Part shown: positions 1 through 12,483 of the stretch, one piece after another
Position numbering within the stretch: position 1 is the stretch's first letter
How the letters are laid out: each line of letters begins with the position of its first letter
DNA from: Marsupella aquatica
Taxonomy: Eukaryota; Plantae; Marchantiophyta
Assembly: GCA_973895155.1 (NCBI GenBank)
Contig: OZ316895.1
Span: 4,327,659 to 4,391,658, forward strand
DNA length: 64,000 nucleotides
Reading direction: 5' to 3'
Notes under the pieces: model-generated
Seen by the model: only the letters and a program-made list of their open reading frames with translations
Database searches by the model: none
What the model was told of the DNA's origin: nothing
Made by a program: the position numbers and the translations under genes

Positions 1-292
1 CTAGAATCTTGATTACCTTTGTGATTTTTCCCTAATAATTTTCAGGGTGTTATAAGGAAAGAATCCACCTTCAAGATTTGGATAAACTCATAATGAAGAT
101 TGTCTTGAATCATTTACTCAGACAAACCAAAAATCTCTTGGGCCTAGATTATATTAAGGTCCTATTGCCATAGCATCATGGGCAATAATATTTCTCATTG
201 TAATTTTGAGCCAGAGCATTCTTGGAGAACATGCACCTTCAAACAACAAAGAACTAGTCAACATTGTGGTTCACTTTGGATGAGGATATGTC

Positions 293-640
293 TGTTGAGC
301 ATAGACGACAATCACACCGACAAGCCCATGAACCATCCAAGCACAAGAGTCGACACAGAGAGATACGTGGTTCACCTCCACGTACATGAGGCTTCATCCA
401 CAAGAACACACAAGAGCTTTACTGCACTCTAGGCCGACCAGCCATACCAAGCATCCACAACGCAAGCTCTCCCTATCTCTCAACTAGCTCCATAACAATG
501 AGCCTAAGTTCCTACTCTCCAAACAAACACCGCTTGGTTATAGAGTGTGCACAGCATGACTAACCTAACCAAGTTTGCGACTAAGGTTAGCCTTAAGTAC
601 GGTACAATCGTAACTCTAGACCTAAGAGTAAATTCTAACA
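293..640. mobile_element. Solo LTR (348 bp), probably Ty1/copia-type
   Basis: Starts TGTTGAG, ends CTAACA (TG...CA). Identical 5-bp direct repeat ATGTC at 288-292 and 641-645. Homologous in reverse orientation to 33453-33789. Confidence 0.8.
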
Positions 641-1449
641 ATGTCCACGGGAACACAAGAGTTAACTTCACCTGGGCTGCACTAGGCTGGTTGGCCATAT
701 CAAGTCTTCGCAGCACAAGCTCTTCTTATCTCTCAAGCACCTTCGTAACATAGCCTCAGGTTAGCCTAACTACAATTACATGCAATCATAATTATAGATT
801 GGAGAGTAAATGCCTAGCTTAACATGATTGGACATCACTTATGCACTTCTCCATATGTGCATGATTTGCACTATCTAATAAGTGCATGGGAACTTATTGA
901 TCATCAAAGTGCATCCAAAACTACTCTTTAGGCCTATTTTCTAGAGTGAAACCTCTAGGCTGGGACTCCAACTGAGGGCATAACTGAAAGTGAGGGTGTC
1001 TTGCCTCTAGACCGTGACTCCAATTGAGGACCTGACTGAAAGTGTTGGGGCATGCCAAAAACAGGTATGGGGGCACAGGTGATTGGGGCAAAGGTGAACA
1101 GGAAAGAGCATAGATTTTTTTCCTGCAAGATTAGTGTAATTCAGGCTAGTAAGTATCCCATTGCAATCAAAAGCTACTGGCTTGGCCTAATGCCCGCTAT
1201 AGTGAGGCATTTAGACCCTGAGCGTAACTAAGGGCATAACTCAAAGTGAGGTTGCAGAAAAAAACAAAGGAGGGGGCTACATAAACAGAACCAGAATTAG
1301 CCAGGAATCATTTTTTTGCAAGGTACATTTTAGTGCTTACCTCTACTTAAGTTATTCGAGGATCGCATAATCAAGGCTAGCATATACTTAATGACTGTTG
1401 TTGAGAAAGACTCAGAAAATGGCCTCCAGAACACAAAAGGAAAACCAAT

Positions 1450-1651
1450 TGGCTTAGGTCAATTGGCTAGGGGATTAGCCTGGAACTTAAATGTCCCAAG
1501 TTCAATCCCCACTCCACACATAGGGGTGTGGAGGGTACGTATATGTGTGGGTGGAATGGGTTTTGTGGGTGTTGGATGGGAGTTCTGATTATCTCCTTGG
1601 CCCCTGGTTACCCACTTTTTGACCCCGATTTAATACTCTCTCTCTCTCTCT
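1450..1651 (+). mobile_element. tRNA-derived SINE-like relic
   Basis: A-box-like TAGGTCAATTGG (1455) and B-box-like AGTTCAATCCC (1499) at tRNA-like spacing, ending in a (CT)n tract. No complete cloverleaf. Confidence 0.4.
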
Positions 1652-1660
1652 TGGGCTCAC

Positions 1661-2056
1661 CCTGAAATGGGTTCACTATAAAGCATGTATGTCACTATTG
1701 GGGTGGGGAGAGTCTACGTGAGTGTTGTTCCTCATTTCCTTTCAATGCCAACCCAAAAAAACACCTGAAATGGGTTCCCTACAAAGAAGAATGTATGTCA
1801 CTCTTGGGCTTGGGAGAGTCTACTAAGTGAATGTTGTTCCTCATTTCCTTTGAATACAAAAAAAACAACACACCCTGAAATGTGTTCCCTACAAAGAAGA
1901 ATGTATGTCACTATTGGGTTGGGGAGAGTCTACTAAGTGAGTGGTGTTCCTCATTTCCTTTCAATACACAAAAGGCTGTTCCTTGTTTCCTTTCAATACC
2001 AAAAGGCTAGAGGAGTCTACTGAGTGAGTGTTGTTCCTCGTTTCCTTTCAATACCA
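1661..2056. repeat. ~105-110 bp tandem repeat (3 full units plus partial units) upstream of the helicase
   Basis: Unit CCTGAAATGGGTTC...ATGTATGTCACT...GGAGAGTCTAC...GTTCCTCATTTCCTTT recurs at ~1661, ~1765 and ~1875, with partial copies to 2056. Confidence 0.85.
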
Positions 2057-2324
2057 AAAAAAAAAACACAGAAGGAAGCTCAGGGGTCGTTTCTAGGCTC
2101 AAATAGAAACACCAACCGTTCATCATCTTTCCCTCTGGCTAGTCCAAAGGAAGGCAATGTGCCTCAATCATCATTTTGGGTCCAGATGATTTGCACGAGC
2201 TCAAGCGGCCTGTCTCACACAATGCGAATGTGGTCGCCGTGCCCAGCTTTCTAATTGACAATCCTCACAGAATTTTCCGGGAGTTCGTCTCACGGACTTC
2301 GATTGCTTACCTCACGACGGGAGA

Positions 2325-5300
2325 ATGGAGATGGCGCGGATTTCAGGGTCGTGCGTATCGGAGGTTTATGGCACAAGCGGCGGGTCCCGTCGCGGTTCTC
2401 TGTGTTGCTCAAAAGGGAGAAGGTTGAGTTTCTTAGCAGGAGCGCAAAGTTTGATTGCTAGACGAAGAGGAGACCAGTTACTTGGGTCGTTATCTCAGAA
2501 CAGATGCACAGTTTTGCAACAGCGTTTGGCAGTAGCTGGTGCGAAGAAAGACCTCCAGAGGTACAGTTTCTAGATCCCAGCTCCTGCAATGCTTAGGGTT
2601 TAGGGAATGGAGACCGATTTGACTTTCTCAGTCAGCTCAATAGTATGCGTTTTGAAATTTTGTCCGGCATTGTTTTCCTAAGCAAGACCTGCGTGGACAA
2701 TGCCGTAAAATTGGTTTTTCTATCATTGACTGGAATGTGTTGTGTTTTCCCCAGGCCTGGTCTCTGTACTCAGTTTTCAGTGAGTGTGGTGGATCCCGCT
2801 TGTGGAAGTGTTGGAGATTCTCTCTTGCTTTCCACCGGGCTAGACGAGGAACAATCCCTGAGAAATGTGCTCGTAGAATTGCGGAACGGTGGAGGACCCG
2901 GGGATGGGAGAATTGTCTTTCCACCGACACTAACTGCGAGGCAGAGGCGGAGGGCCCATGAGATGGCCGAACGCCTGGGCTTGGGCCACATAAGGTTGTT
3001 TGCTTGCTCTGTGCCTCTAATGTTTTTGGCTCTTAGACACTTTGCAGATATGCAGAGCAATCTGTGGTTTCTGGATTCACACTGAACAATGAAATTTAAA
3101 TCCATCCGCATCAAAGAAACTTCATGAAGACGAAGATGTCTACGGGAAAGACAGCCAATGAAAGACTTTATATTTGCTGATGACTTCTCTATTTTCTTCT
3201 TACTTGTCATGGATTGAGGCTTTCGATTGAATGTCAACTTTCACCCTGTGTGGGACAGTTTGGGCCAGGGGAGCAGTAGATGTTTTTCGGCCTGGCGAAT
3301 GTCGGTTGCTGAAAGGCTCTCACGGTTTCACAAGGTACGTGGTCGATGAATAGTAACGGGTCAACTGGATGTTTTGCATTTAGTCAATGAGCCATGTATA
3401 CCACCTTCATGTCTTTATATTCTAGCATTGAACCCAAGGGTTTCACTTAATTCGAAGGAACTGTTTTGAACCTGTGTCGAATTCCCTCTGCATTTAGAAT
3501 CGCAAGATTATCTTCTTATCGTCTGAACTCAAGCTCATGCAAGAATTTTGCTGCCATGGATATTTTCCATGTCTTCGAGGTACATCTGATCCTAAGTGCA
3601 CTGAGGAATGGTGGTTAGGTACGCATGTACAGCTCCTTGATGTGGAGGAGGCAGCATCTAGAGCAAATTTTATGATGGAGCAGCCTTTGCAGTCATGGAG
3701 GATTCTAGAAGCACAGGGTATTCTGCTCTATAATCCAACAGTAATAGAAAAAGAATCAGCTTCGTTTGGAAGAGAGAGGTACAGTGACGTCAATTAAGTC
3801 AACCTGTTATTTGGTACGTCTTTTTGTTCTTCTAGATTTACTAGCAACAACTGCACTACATGCCCAGCAACTGAAATGTAAGGAATTGTCGTGGCACTCA
3901 TCGGGTATGTCTCTTTCGTCCATCAGGTGGGTTCTTGAGGATGGGTTGGGTGTTGAAAGAGCAGGGCATGTTGCTCGCTTCACTCAACGTGCACGTCCAG
4001 GAATGCCAATATGTATAGCCGAGAAAGATTCTACGGGAGGTTGGGTGCCTTCAAAGGGGCAGCCTCCTGGTCGAGTGGCATGGAGCAGAGGGAAGAAGAT
4101 ATGCTTTGTCTTTGATCATCCTCCATCTTCGAGCGAGCAGATCAACTGTTTTCTGCTTGTTCCCGACAGTTCGTCGTTTGAGAGGATGCATTTTGTGATT
4201 AGAGGTATGGCAACTGTCCAAACTTGCTCCAGCTCCACCATCCCTAGATCATATATATCTTTCCTGTTTGTCACAATAGTGGATTCAAAGCAGGGAGAAG
4301 CTATGTGGAGGACAGGGTGACATTGATTTGTCTAAAAAACATTATTTTGTTTTTTGACAGATTTTGAAAAGGGTGAGAAACATATGGGAAAACTCTTGGA
4401 TGCCCTGTTGGGATCAGTAGTAAAGGACGGGAACAGTTCCATTCCAGTGTCCTCCAGAACAAGAGAGGATGCGAACTCACGCAACTCCAGTGAAGATGAC
4501 GTAAAAGTAGAGCACAGAGGTCAGTTTTTTGACAAGGGGCTTAATGTGGAACAAAATGCGGCAGTGGCATTGTGCACGGAACCAGGAAAATCACCAGTCG
4601 TGCTCATCCATGGTCCTTTTGGAACTGGAAAAACTAGAACCCTGGTAAGGTATTCACAATCATGGACAATCGGGCTAAAGTATGAGACGATTTTCATCCG
4701 AGTTTCATGTACTTGTGCCTTTTAACATATCTGATTTCCCAGCAGAGGTTGTAAGTATGATTCCTCATCCACTTACGCGAAACTCTCCAGGTAGAGGTGG
4801 TACGACAGCAGGTAAAAGCTGGACGTCGAGTGCTGGTTTGTGCAGCATCAAACGCAGCTGTTGACAACATGGTGCAAGCACTGCTCACAGCAGACCCGAC
4901 TCTGCCACTTGCTCGGGCAGGATTGACAGGTACCAGCTATTTCCAATGAGATCAAATTGCAAAGTATGTTAACGAATTGGATGTTTCAAGGAGATCACCA
5001 ATCAATTTTCTTTTTGTCCCCTGACAACAATTGCATGAGTGCAAGCTGCAGATCAGTTTGATGGACGTCGAGATAGTAACTAGGTTTCCTTATAGCAGCT
5101 GTTGTTCGAGACGTTGTTGACTTTGTAGATGTTGATTCCGAGAATGTCCTTAAATCATTTTGCATACGTTGGATACAGAGAGAGTGTCGTCATCTGTAGC
5201 TGCCTACACTTTGGAGGCTCTGCAGGACGCCCAACCAGAAGCATCAATAGCAAGGAGATTGAGGAAAGAGGCATATTCAATGCAACTTTCTGCAGAAAAG

Positions 5301-8300
5301 TAAAGTTCTCTGTAATTTTTCATGACTTTCTAAAGAGGTCAAAGAAAGGATCACACAAAAAGTAATTTAAACTTGTCTCTTGGTTTGATAACGGATGGAA
5401 GAATACATGATTTAGTATCTCGGAAGCTGGTCATTCAGGACACACCGTCATGTTGTTGAGGCGAACTGGTCTTACAGGTGGACCAGAGCTGCAAGTGGAG
5501 GCGAGAAACGACGTAACGCTCGAAAAGAAGTGAATGCATTGTTTAAGGATGCCCGAAGGTTGTAATTTTCACCTTCTTGTTCGGATTTGTCTCGCTGCAT
5601 ACCTCATGGATATGGACAAACCCGAAATTTAACAGTACCTGGCTGTCGCGCTTTTCGTAGCTGCTCGCTCAAAACACGTTTCTCAGATATGGCTATTTCG
5701 TTTTTGGAAACTGTCATAATTCTTTTTTAAGTCCACCATGAAGGCTGTTCTCGTGCTTTGCCTGAGTTGTTTTGTGTTCTCGGACCAGGTTGGATAAGAT
5801 GTGCATCACATCTGTCCTACAGAGAACAAAAGTTCTGTGTGGTACTCTGACTGGTTTCGCTTCAGCACTTCGGGAAATAGGTGCGCCTCTTAGGTACCAT
5901 AATTCTACACGTTGGGTTTCTCATACCCTCTTTGCCTCTAGTGGCTCTTCTCTGTTCCAGAAAACCTCACTTCTAGAAATCATTTCCACTGAACGAATGA
6001 GCCGCTCAGCTGATGGGTCAACTTTGTCAATACAGGAGAGACACATTTTGATTGTGTTGTCGTTGATGAGGCAAGCCAGGCAATCACCCCTGCATTGCTA
6101 CTAGTCCTACCGTATTTAAACTATCCAGATGACAATGATTCTGAAAGGCTTCCAATGTTTGCGATGGCGGGTGATCATCAGCAGTTACCCCCTACTGTAC
6201 TGTCTGGTAAGGACACCTTGCACATGTAAAAGTGCAGTCCTGACCTGTAAAATTCAGCTGCAGTGGATCACTTATAGCTTATGAAGTTTCTTCAAGGTAT
6301 TAATGTTAAGTGCGAAATTGTAAACTGGGAAGTACTGAGTATGGTTAAGTAATATTTCACTTCTATAGATTCACAGAGATTCTTTTTCCCGACGCTGGTC
6401 ATTCAATAATTATGAATTTCTTGGTTACAATGTATTCTCATCCTAGCTGCATGGGAGCTTTGTTCTTATTAAACTTGGCACTAAGAATACCAGTTTGGAC
6501 TGGTCCTCAGAGGATCTAGATGACAAGGGTGGGGGATTGAAGGCAACTCTCTTCGAAGAGTTGATGGAGCGAGATGGAGGAGGTAACTATCTTCTTGAGT
6601 TTCCAGCACAATTTGTTAAGGTTTGTGTGCAGATGTTACTGAGTAGACGAAATATTAGCTAGGAACTCTGTGGTACCTTGTGTTTGATCCAGCTTGACGT
6701 CTGTCGAACTATTATCCATGAGTGAGGAGTCGACGTTTCTGTCTTAAGAAATCTGCCTACTTGTGTGGAACGGTAGGCATTGGCACGAGAATTGATAGCC
6801 TGGTCAGAAATGGGGAACGCTGGGAGAGTGCCAAAGTTTCAATACTTCGCAAAGCGCATGCTCTAGCTTCTGGTGTGGAGGAAAATTCACAAGAAGCAGA
6901 TTCTCAAGGAAGGTCAGTGACGAGCTCATCAGAATATTTCAGATGTCTTCATTACGATGCGCACAGTTGTCTGTCCTTGGAACTACTCTGGAAAGATTAA
7001 ATTAGGTTGTGACACTTGTTTGTCTGTCGGTAGAGAGTTAAGAGGCACGTAGCATTTTGGGAGCCTAGATTGTATCCCCAATACCGAAAGTACCGACTAT
7101 ACCACAATATTATTTCTTAATCAACCTGATAATTTTTCAGCGCAGATGGTCAGTAAAGAGAAAATGTTGTTTTAACTGTGAAGGGAAACTTTTCTTATCC
7201 AGGTTCAGCACTACCCAAATATCAGTAGCCCTGCGTCAACAGTACCGCATGCCAGTGCAATTAATGGCTTTCCCATCGGCTGCCTTTTACGGCGCCAAGC
7301 TGATTGCTAGAAAGGTTGCGGTAGGCATCTTGGAGACGGGAGATGAGGTGAAATTCCTCTTTTCCTTCACCTTGAGACTATCAGACCAGTAATGTACATT
7401 TGACGCGAAGAGACAAAAGTAAAAATGTGTAGAAGGCTCATGAATTTTTTACGTAAGAAGCAAAGAAGTTTGCCAGAATTTAAGAGCTTGGATAGGTAAT
7501 CTATGCGAACTCGTAGATAATACATCTGAAACTGTCTTTTGAGTCGCTAAATATTTGAAAAGTAACCATATTCAAACACATTCAGACTAAAAAAATTCGT
7601 TCTTCTGTCATAGGGTTCTATTCTTCAAGCAGGACTGCAATTGGAGGTGATAGATATGGCTGGGGCAGGTTGTGAAGAGGAAAAGATTGGAGAGGCTCAG
7701 TCATCGTCTGCAAGGCTTCAAAATGCAGTTGAAGTGTTCTCTACCCGGAACCCGAGCCAGGTAAGGTTCGGACTTTTGATTAAAGGTCATACAGTGAGGG
7801 TTGATATTTATTCTGATTTTCGGCACTTTGGGGACGAGTGGGAAATTTCACTGAGACAGCGGTTTGCTACCGTAGGTTAGGATCATTTGGTGCTCGTTTT
7901 ACAAGCATTGCTTACGTTAGCTTTGCGCATGACATTTACTAGTGCAAGACTAAAAGGTTTATGATCATGCATAGTTCTCGGAGTTCGTTTCTTAATGGTG
8001 CCTCACATTACACCTAATTAGCCTTTGCCTGGTCAAATATTAGTACTTCCTTAAAATGTAGCCATTTAACTTTTGAATACCTGCAGGCAAATCTGACAGC
8101 CAGGGTAGTGCAAGAAGTATTGAAATTAGGAACTTATTCAGCAACGGATATTGGAGTTGTCACACCTTATTCGGCTCAGGTTTGTGCTCAAGTCCCAAAG
8201 CTCAGTTACTCATGCAGACTCATTCAGATGTCTTAAGGCTTAGCTGCGCCTCCTGTAAACACATCTGCATTTGTGACTTGGCCGATGTGCAGGTTGTGTT

Positions 8301-8993
8301 GCTCAGGCAGTTGATGGTTGATGAAGTCGAATCAGGACTTGAGATTGATTCTGTGGATGGTTACCAAGTAAGTGTCGCGCCTGGTAACATTTTGTGACAG
8401 GGTTTTCTTCTAGACAACCCCAAACTTTACTGTCTATCTTGATTTTGCAGACTTGGTTTGATTGCAAGTGTTCATAGTGTGTTTATTCGAAGGAAAGCAG
8501 CTATAGTTGAAAGTGTGAAGAGGATGTCTTGAATAGCATCTGATGTCTTCATGCTGTGATTATTACTGGTGAATTGACAGGGTAGGGAGAAGGAGGTCAT
8601 TGTACTGGATGCTGTCCGAAGCAATACAGACGGAACAATTGGGTTTCTTAGTGATTTTCATCGCCTAAATGTTTCCATAACCAGAGCACGCGAAAAGCTC
8701 ATTGTGATTGGGGATTCGGCAACTCTTTCGATGTAAGTGCAAAGAGTGTATTTGGCTCCCTTCTGGCCTATGCCGCCCCCCTACATCGCCCTTTAAATTA
8801 TTTTCTACTAAGTTTTCCGGGAAGGCCTGACCACAATCAAATATTCACAGATGTCTTGACTTTTTTTTCCTTGGTATGCAGAGATCCAGTTTGGGCGGTG
8901 TTCTTTGAATGGGTCTCTGATTACCGGGAGAACCCTCTCTCGGGTATCAGATATAGGTCTTTCTTTGAACTTCCACCGGAATGTGGTTGGTAA
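2325..8993 (+). CDS. SF1B DNA/RNA helicase (SMUBP-2/IGHMBP2/UPF1-like) with N-terminal R3H domain, 19 exons
   Basis: Exons start at ~2325, 2755, 3259, 3633, 3927, 4361, 4791, 5179, 5478, 5789, 6035, 6511, 6777, 7203, 7614, 8087, 8293, 8581 and 8882, with GT-AG introns and consistent phases. Motifs: Walker [10 protein letters not shown], Ia [80 protein letters not shown]3H: [26 protein letters not shown]. Stop TAA 8991-8993. Confidence 0.9.
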
Positions 8994-10334
8994 GGTCCCT
9001 ATTGATGGACACCCCGCTAAAATGAGTTTAGAGATATGTAGGGGAGGTTCAGAGGCGTTTTGTAGCTGCGATATGACCGCATTGTGTTTCGGACGGGAGT
9101 GCTCACCCAAGGAACGGCTTTCAGTTCAAATAAAGATACTTCTGCGTAATCTGTGCCGCCAAACATGTAACACATTCATGAAAGCAATCGGAACAATCTT
9201 ATTTATCATGGAGTCCGTCTGACATATCTCAAAGTGATGAACTATGAAATGCCCGAAAGGAAGGGAGAGACAGCTTCTATTGTCGGATATGCGCACAATC
9301 GTTTCCGCCACACTCGTCCAAAGTTGCTGATACGAAACCAGTCGCACCCTATATACAAAATATGCACAAACGAGTCGTCTAACAAGTCACGAAAAGAACG
9401 AATTGCCAGAAGGATGAGTCCGACCATCTCCGGGCCACAGCATGAATTCGAAAACTAGTGATGAACAATTACTGTGGATTTGCAAGCCTCAAACGTGCGA
9501 TGTTGTATTGTAAAATACACAGCAAGATACAATCCCAACAAAATTTGCCAAACCAATCTCACATACAAGGTGATCGGGCCACAAAAATCTACCACAATTG
9601 ATAGACACAAAAGATGATTGCAATGGACAGCTATATGAACAGCTTCTCGTCCAAATTTGTTTATAATTATTTTTTCTTGATTCCTCCAGAGGGAAGGATC
9701 CAGCAAATCCCACCGAAAATCGCATGCAACTCTGCGAGCGGTATCTAAGTGAATCAAGCCATAGATCTCCATCACATGGTGTGCCGCAATGAGCATCTTC
9801 AATCCATTCTCCTACATGACTCCATCAGCTCAATTGTCCTTCTAATCGTAGCTCGTTGCTGAGTTCAGCGGTGATGTAGTGGGCTGTGAAGATGATCGTG
9901 AAGAGTAGTAGCCAGGGAATCAATTGATTGACCTTAGTCCTCAAATCGGCTACTGATAGTTTCCGTGCACACGATAGCCCTCCTTGTTTCTCGTTGTCCG
10001 GGAGCTGTATGAGTGACGACTAGGCTAGACTTGGGCATGCCAAGCCGATCAGTCGTCCATCTGGTGCTCTGCAACCTGCCTCATCACTGGTCTATCATTT
10101 CAGGAACCAACATCGGTCCAAAAAGACCTCAACTTGGTACGCCTCTCAGGTGTCAAATCTGCCTCTTTAACGAGAGAAACCTTTGGACATCATTCCGAAG
10201 CAAAGAGGCGTTCTCCTCCAAATGCTTCTCGTATCCAGACTTCAAATCCGGAGCAATTGTGGTGACGGAGAGCAGAACGGACATTATCCTTGCTATCAAA
10301 TCAAACCCCTGCATGAACTTTGGTTCCCTCCCCT

Positions 10335-10610
10335 TCAAGCCAGGAGGTGGTTCACCAGCGACTTCAAGTACCTGCGGGTGGGAGACCCCCTCCTTGATCT
10401 CTTCGCTCCATTCTTCTTGGCGCACTTGTTGCAGCGATTGCAAGACTCATTGTCAACCACATCAATAGCCCATGTCACAGTCTTTTTGGCTCTCGGTGCC
10501 AGTATCACATTCACCACCTCATCAGGCCTCTGCTGCTTCTCCTTCTCCTGCAGCGCTACAAACGACACCTCGTGAACGACCTGCAAGGTAATGCAACTCT
10601 TCTCTGCCAT
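10335..10610 (-). CDS. PP1 inhibitor-3 (INH3/Ypi1/PPP1R11)-like small protein, copy A (91 aa)
   Basis: ATG in atcATGG context. ILAPRAKKTVTWAIDVVDNE matches the inhibitor-3 signature KKxVxW...VDNE. ORF and stop position are conserved with the copy at 26381-26662. Confidence 0.7.
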   Translation of the reverse strand: MAEKSCITLQVVHEVSFVALQEKEKQQRPDEVVNVILAPRAKKTVTWAIDVVDNESCNRCNKCAKKNGAKRSRRGSPTRRYLKSLVNHLLA

Positions 10611-10668
10611 GATGATCACCACCTCAGTATTTCGATAGCTTACCACTTCTTATAGCCGATCTTCTCTT

Positions 10669-10950
10669 CTGATTTCACCTTGTAGAGGTCTGTGACTTCT
10701 CTATATATTGTCCGTTCCTCCTCAGCAGTCCTCTCACCGATGCTAGAGAGACAATGAGAGAATGATTTCACTTTGTAGAGAGGTCTGTGACTTCCCTCTA
10801 TACCATCCGTTCCTCCTCAGCAGTCCTGGGCTGGAGAGACAAATGAGAGAATGGTTTCACTGTGTAGAGAGGTCTGTGACTTCTCTATATACTGTCCGTT
10901 TCTCCTCAGCAGTCCTCTCACTGATGCTCGAAAGACAAATGCGAGAATGA
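10669..10950. repeat. ~92-bp tandem triplication in the 5' region of INH3-like copy A
   Basis: GATTTCAC..TGTAGAG(AG)GTCTGTGACTTC..TATA..GTCCGTT.CTCCTCAGCAGTCCT..GAGACAA(A)TG.GAGAAT occurs three times. Copy B has one related unit. Confidence 0.85.
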
Positions 10951-11134
10951 TTGAGAAACAACGAGCCGTTGGAGGGGATATATACATGTACGCAGCCGGC
11001 CAGGCAGGTACAAATTAATAAGGTACAATCTCACATTCTCACAAGCCCATGGCGACTGGGAGCACGGCCATGCTTCCCCTCCGGAAGGGGCACTTGGGCA
11101 GCAGAAATTATGGGAGTGCGTGTCTAACAAGACA

Positions 11135-11800
11135 TTGGCCAGTTGGCTGGACAGCCATGGGACTAAGATTAGTTAGCCTTTTGGCCAATAGGGCGTCTCA
11201 AACTTGCTCTTACCCATTTTTTTCAGTCAGTGCTGGCCAATAGGGTGTCTCAACAAACTTTCTCTTACCCATTTTTTTGGCCAATAGGGTGTCTCAACAA
11301 ACTTGATCTTACCCATTTTTTTCAGTCAGCTGCTGGCCAATAGGGTGTCTGCTATTCCCCAATTTTTTGCGGTTACCCACTCGCCTACTGGGTGTCTCAA
11401 ACATGCTGTTCCCCATTTGTTGTTGCTGGCAAATAAGGTGCCGCAAATATGCTATTTCCCGTTTTATGCGGTCAAGCCGCTGGACCGTAGAGTACCTTAA
11501 CCTGATGTTTCACAGTTTGTGTCACCAATTGCAGGAAATTTATTTCCACAACCCTGACCAAAATCCAACTTTTGGGCAACTTATACTAACTGAAGGGGAT
11601 TTTTGGTTTCAGATGCGTCACTACACCCACCTGCAAGTTAACTTCTCATCCTAATTTTTGAATTTAGTGTTCCTCAAAAGGGGCACTTTCACATACAAAC
11701 TTTGGGTGCATCTACCCTGAGAATTGATTGCCCAAGTTAGTAGCGGTAGTCGTTTTTCACTGAGATCTTGGCGCTGAGTTCAGTCTTTCAGATCAAGGCC
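11135..11800. repeat. Repeat cluster with reiterated (GGCCAA)TAGGGTGTCTCAA motif, probable non-autonomous DNA-transposon relic
   Basis: About 5 copies of TGGCCAATAGGG(C/T)GTCT. The motif family is shared with 42.9-43.3 kb and 61.5-62.4 kb, and GCCCAAGTTAG..GGTAG is shared with ~61770. Confidence 0.5.
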
Positions 11801-12483
11801 TTCTCATCCACCAACCAATTTATGCTTAGTTTGCATATGTTTTATCCCCAACCGGGCCTGCAGCATTAAGATCACATAAAACATTCATGGATCAGCTAGT
11901 TTGAGAAACCCTGATAGAGTTGTACGTAAATGGAGAGGATGATAGACACACTGCCCAAATCTGATCACAGGCTAAACATGAGTAACCATGAGAATCTGCC
12001 CCCTTCATGTAACCCCCCTTGACGAGCCTTGAAATTTCAAAACTTGCATGATGAGCCCCAACCAACGCCCCAACCAACGCCCCCTCCCCATTTGGGGTCA
12101 GGCGACATTTTTACTGATTGGAACTTAAAGTGTATCTTTCTTAAAATGACACTCACACATCCTGAATTCCCATTGGCTCCTGCAACAGGTGGTCTTCTAA
12201 CATCATATGGACTAGCGAACAACCCAGAGAATAACCGAAGTTCGCCAAAAGAAATGGCTAGGTTCAAATGAATTGGTTTGGTGTTGTGCCACAGCTTTAG
12301 ACAAAATGAGTCATGACACATGCCTGTTGGAAAGGGGGACATCAAAGCACCACGTTGGAAAAGGGGCCATCATCCCGACGTTCTCAATTTCAGTGCACCA
12401 CGTGTCAAGAAATGTCTCATGAGAAGTGACCAAAATAATGTGTGATTGATAGTTTTTAAATAGGGATGCTTTTCGTCCTCTTT

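Noticed and set aside
2593-2606. Telomeric repeat array (TTAGGGTTTAGGG); also TTAGGG at 42.9 kb and in the retrotransposon 3' UTR
   Set aside because: Only one or two units, at most a telo-box. No evidence that the CRE-like element targets telomeric repeats here.
8730-8736. Helicase ending at ..ATLSM-stop
   Set aside because: AT|GTAAGT is a consensus donor, and splicing to 8882 gives the expected [11 protein letters not shown] terminal helix.
10153-10443. Overlapping 96-aa ORF in an alternative frame of INH3-like copy A
   Set aside because: The homologous region of copy B has frame-breaking indels and stops downstream of the shared stop.
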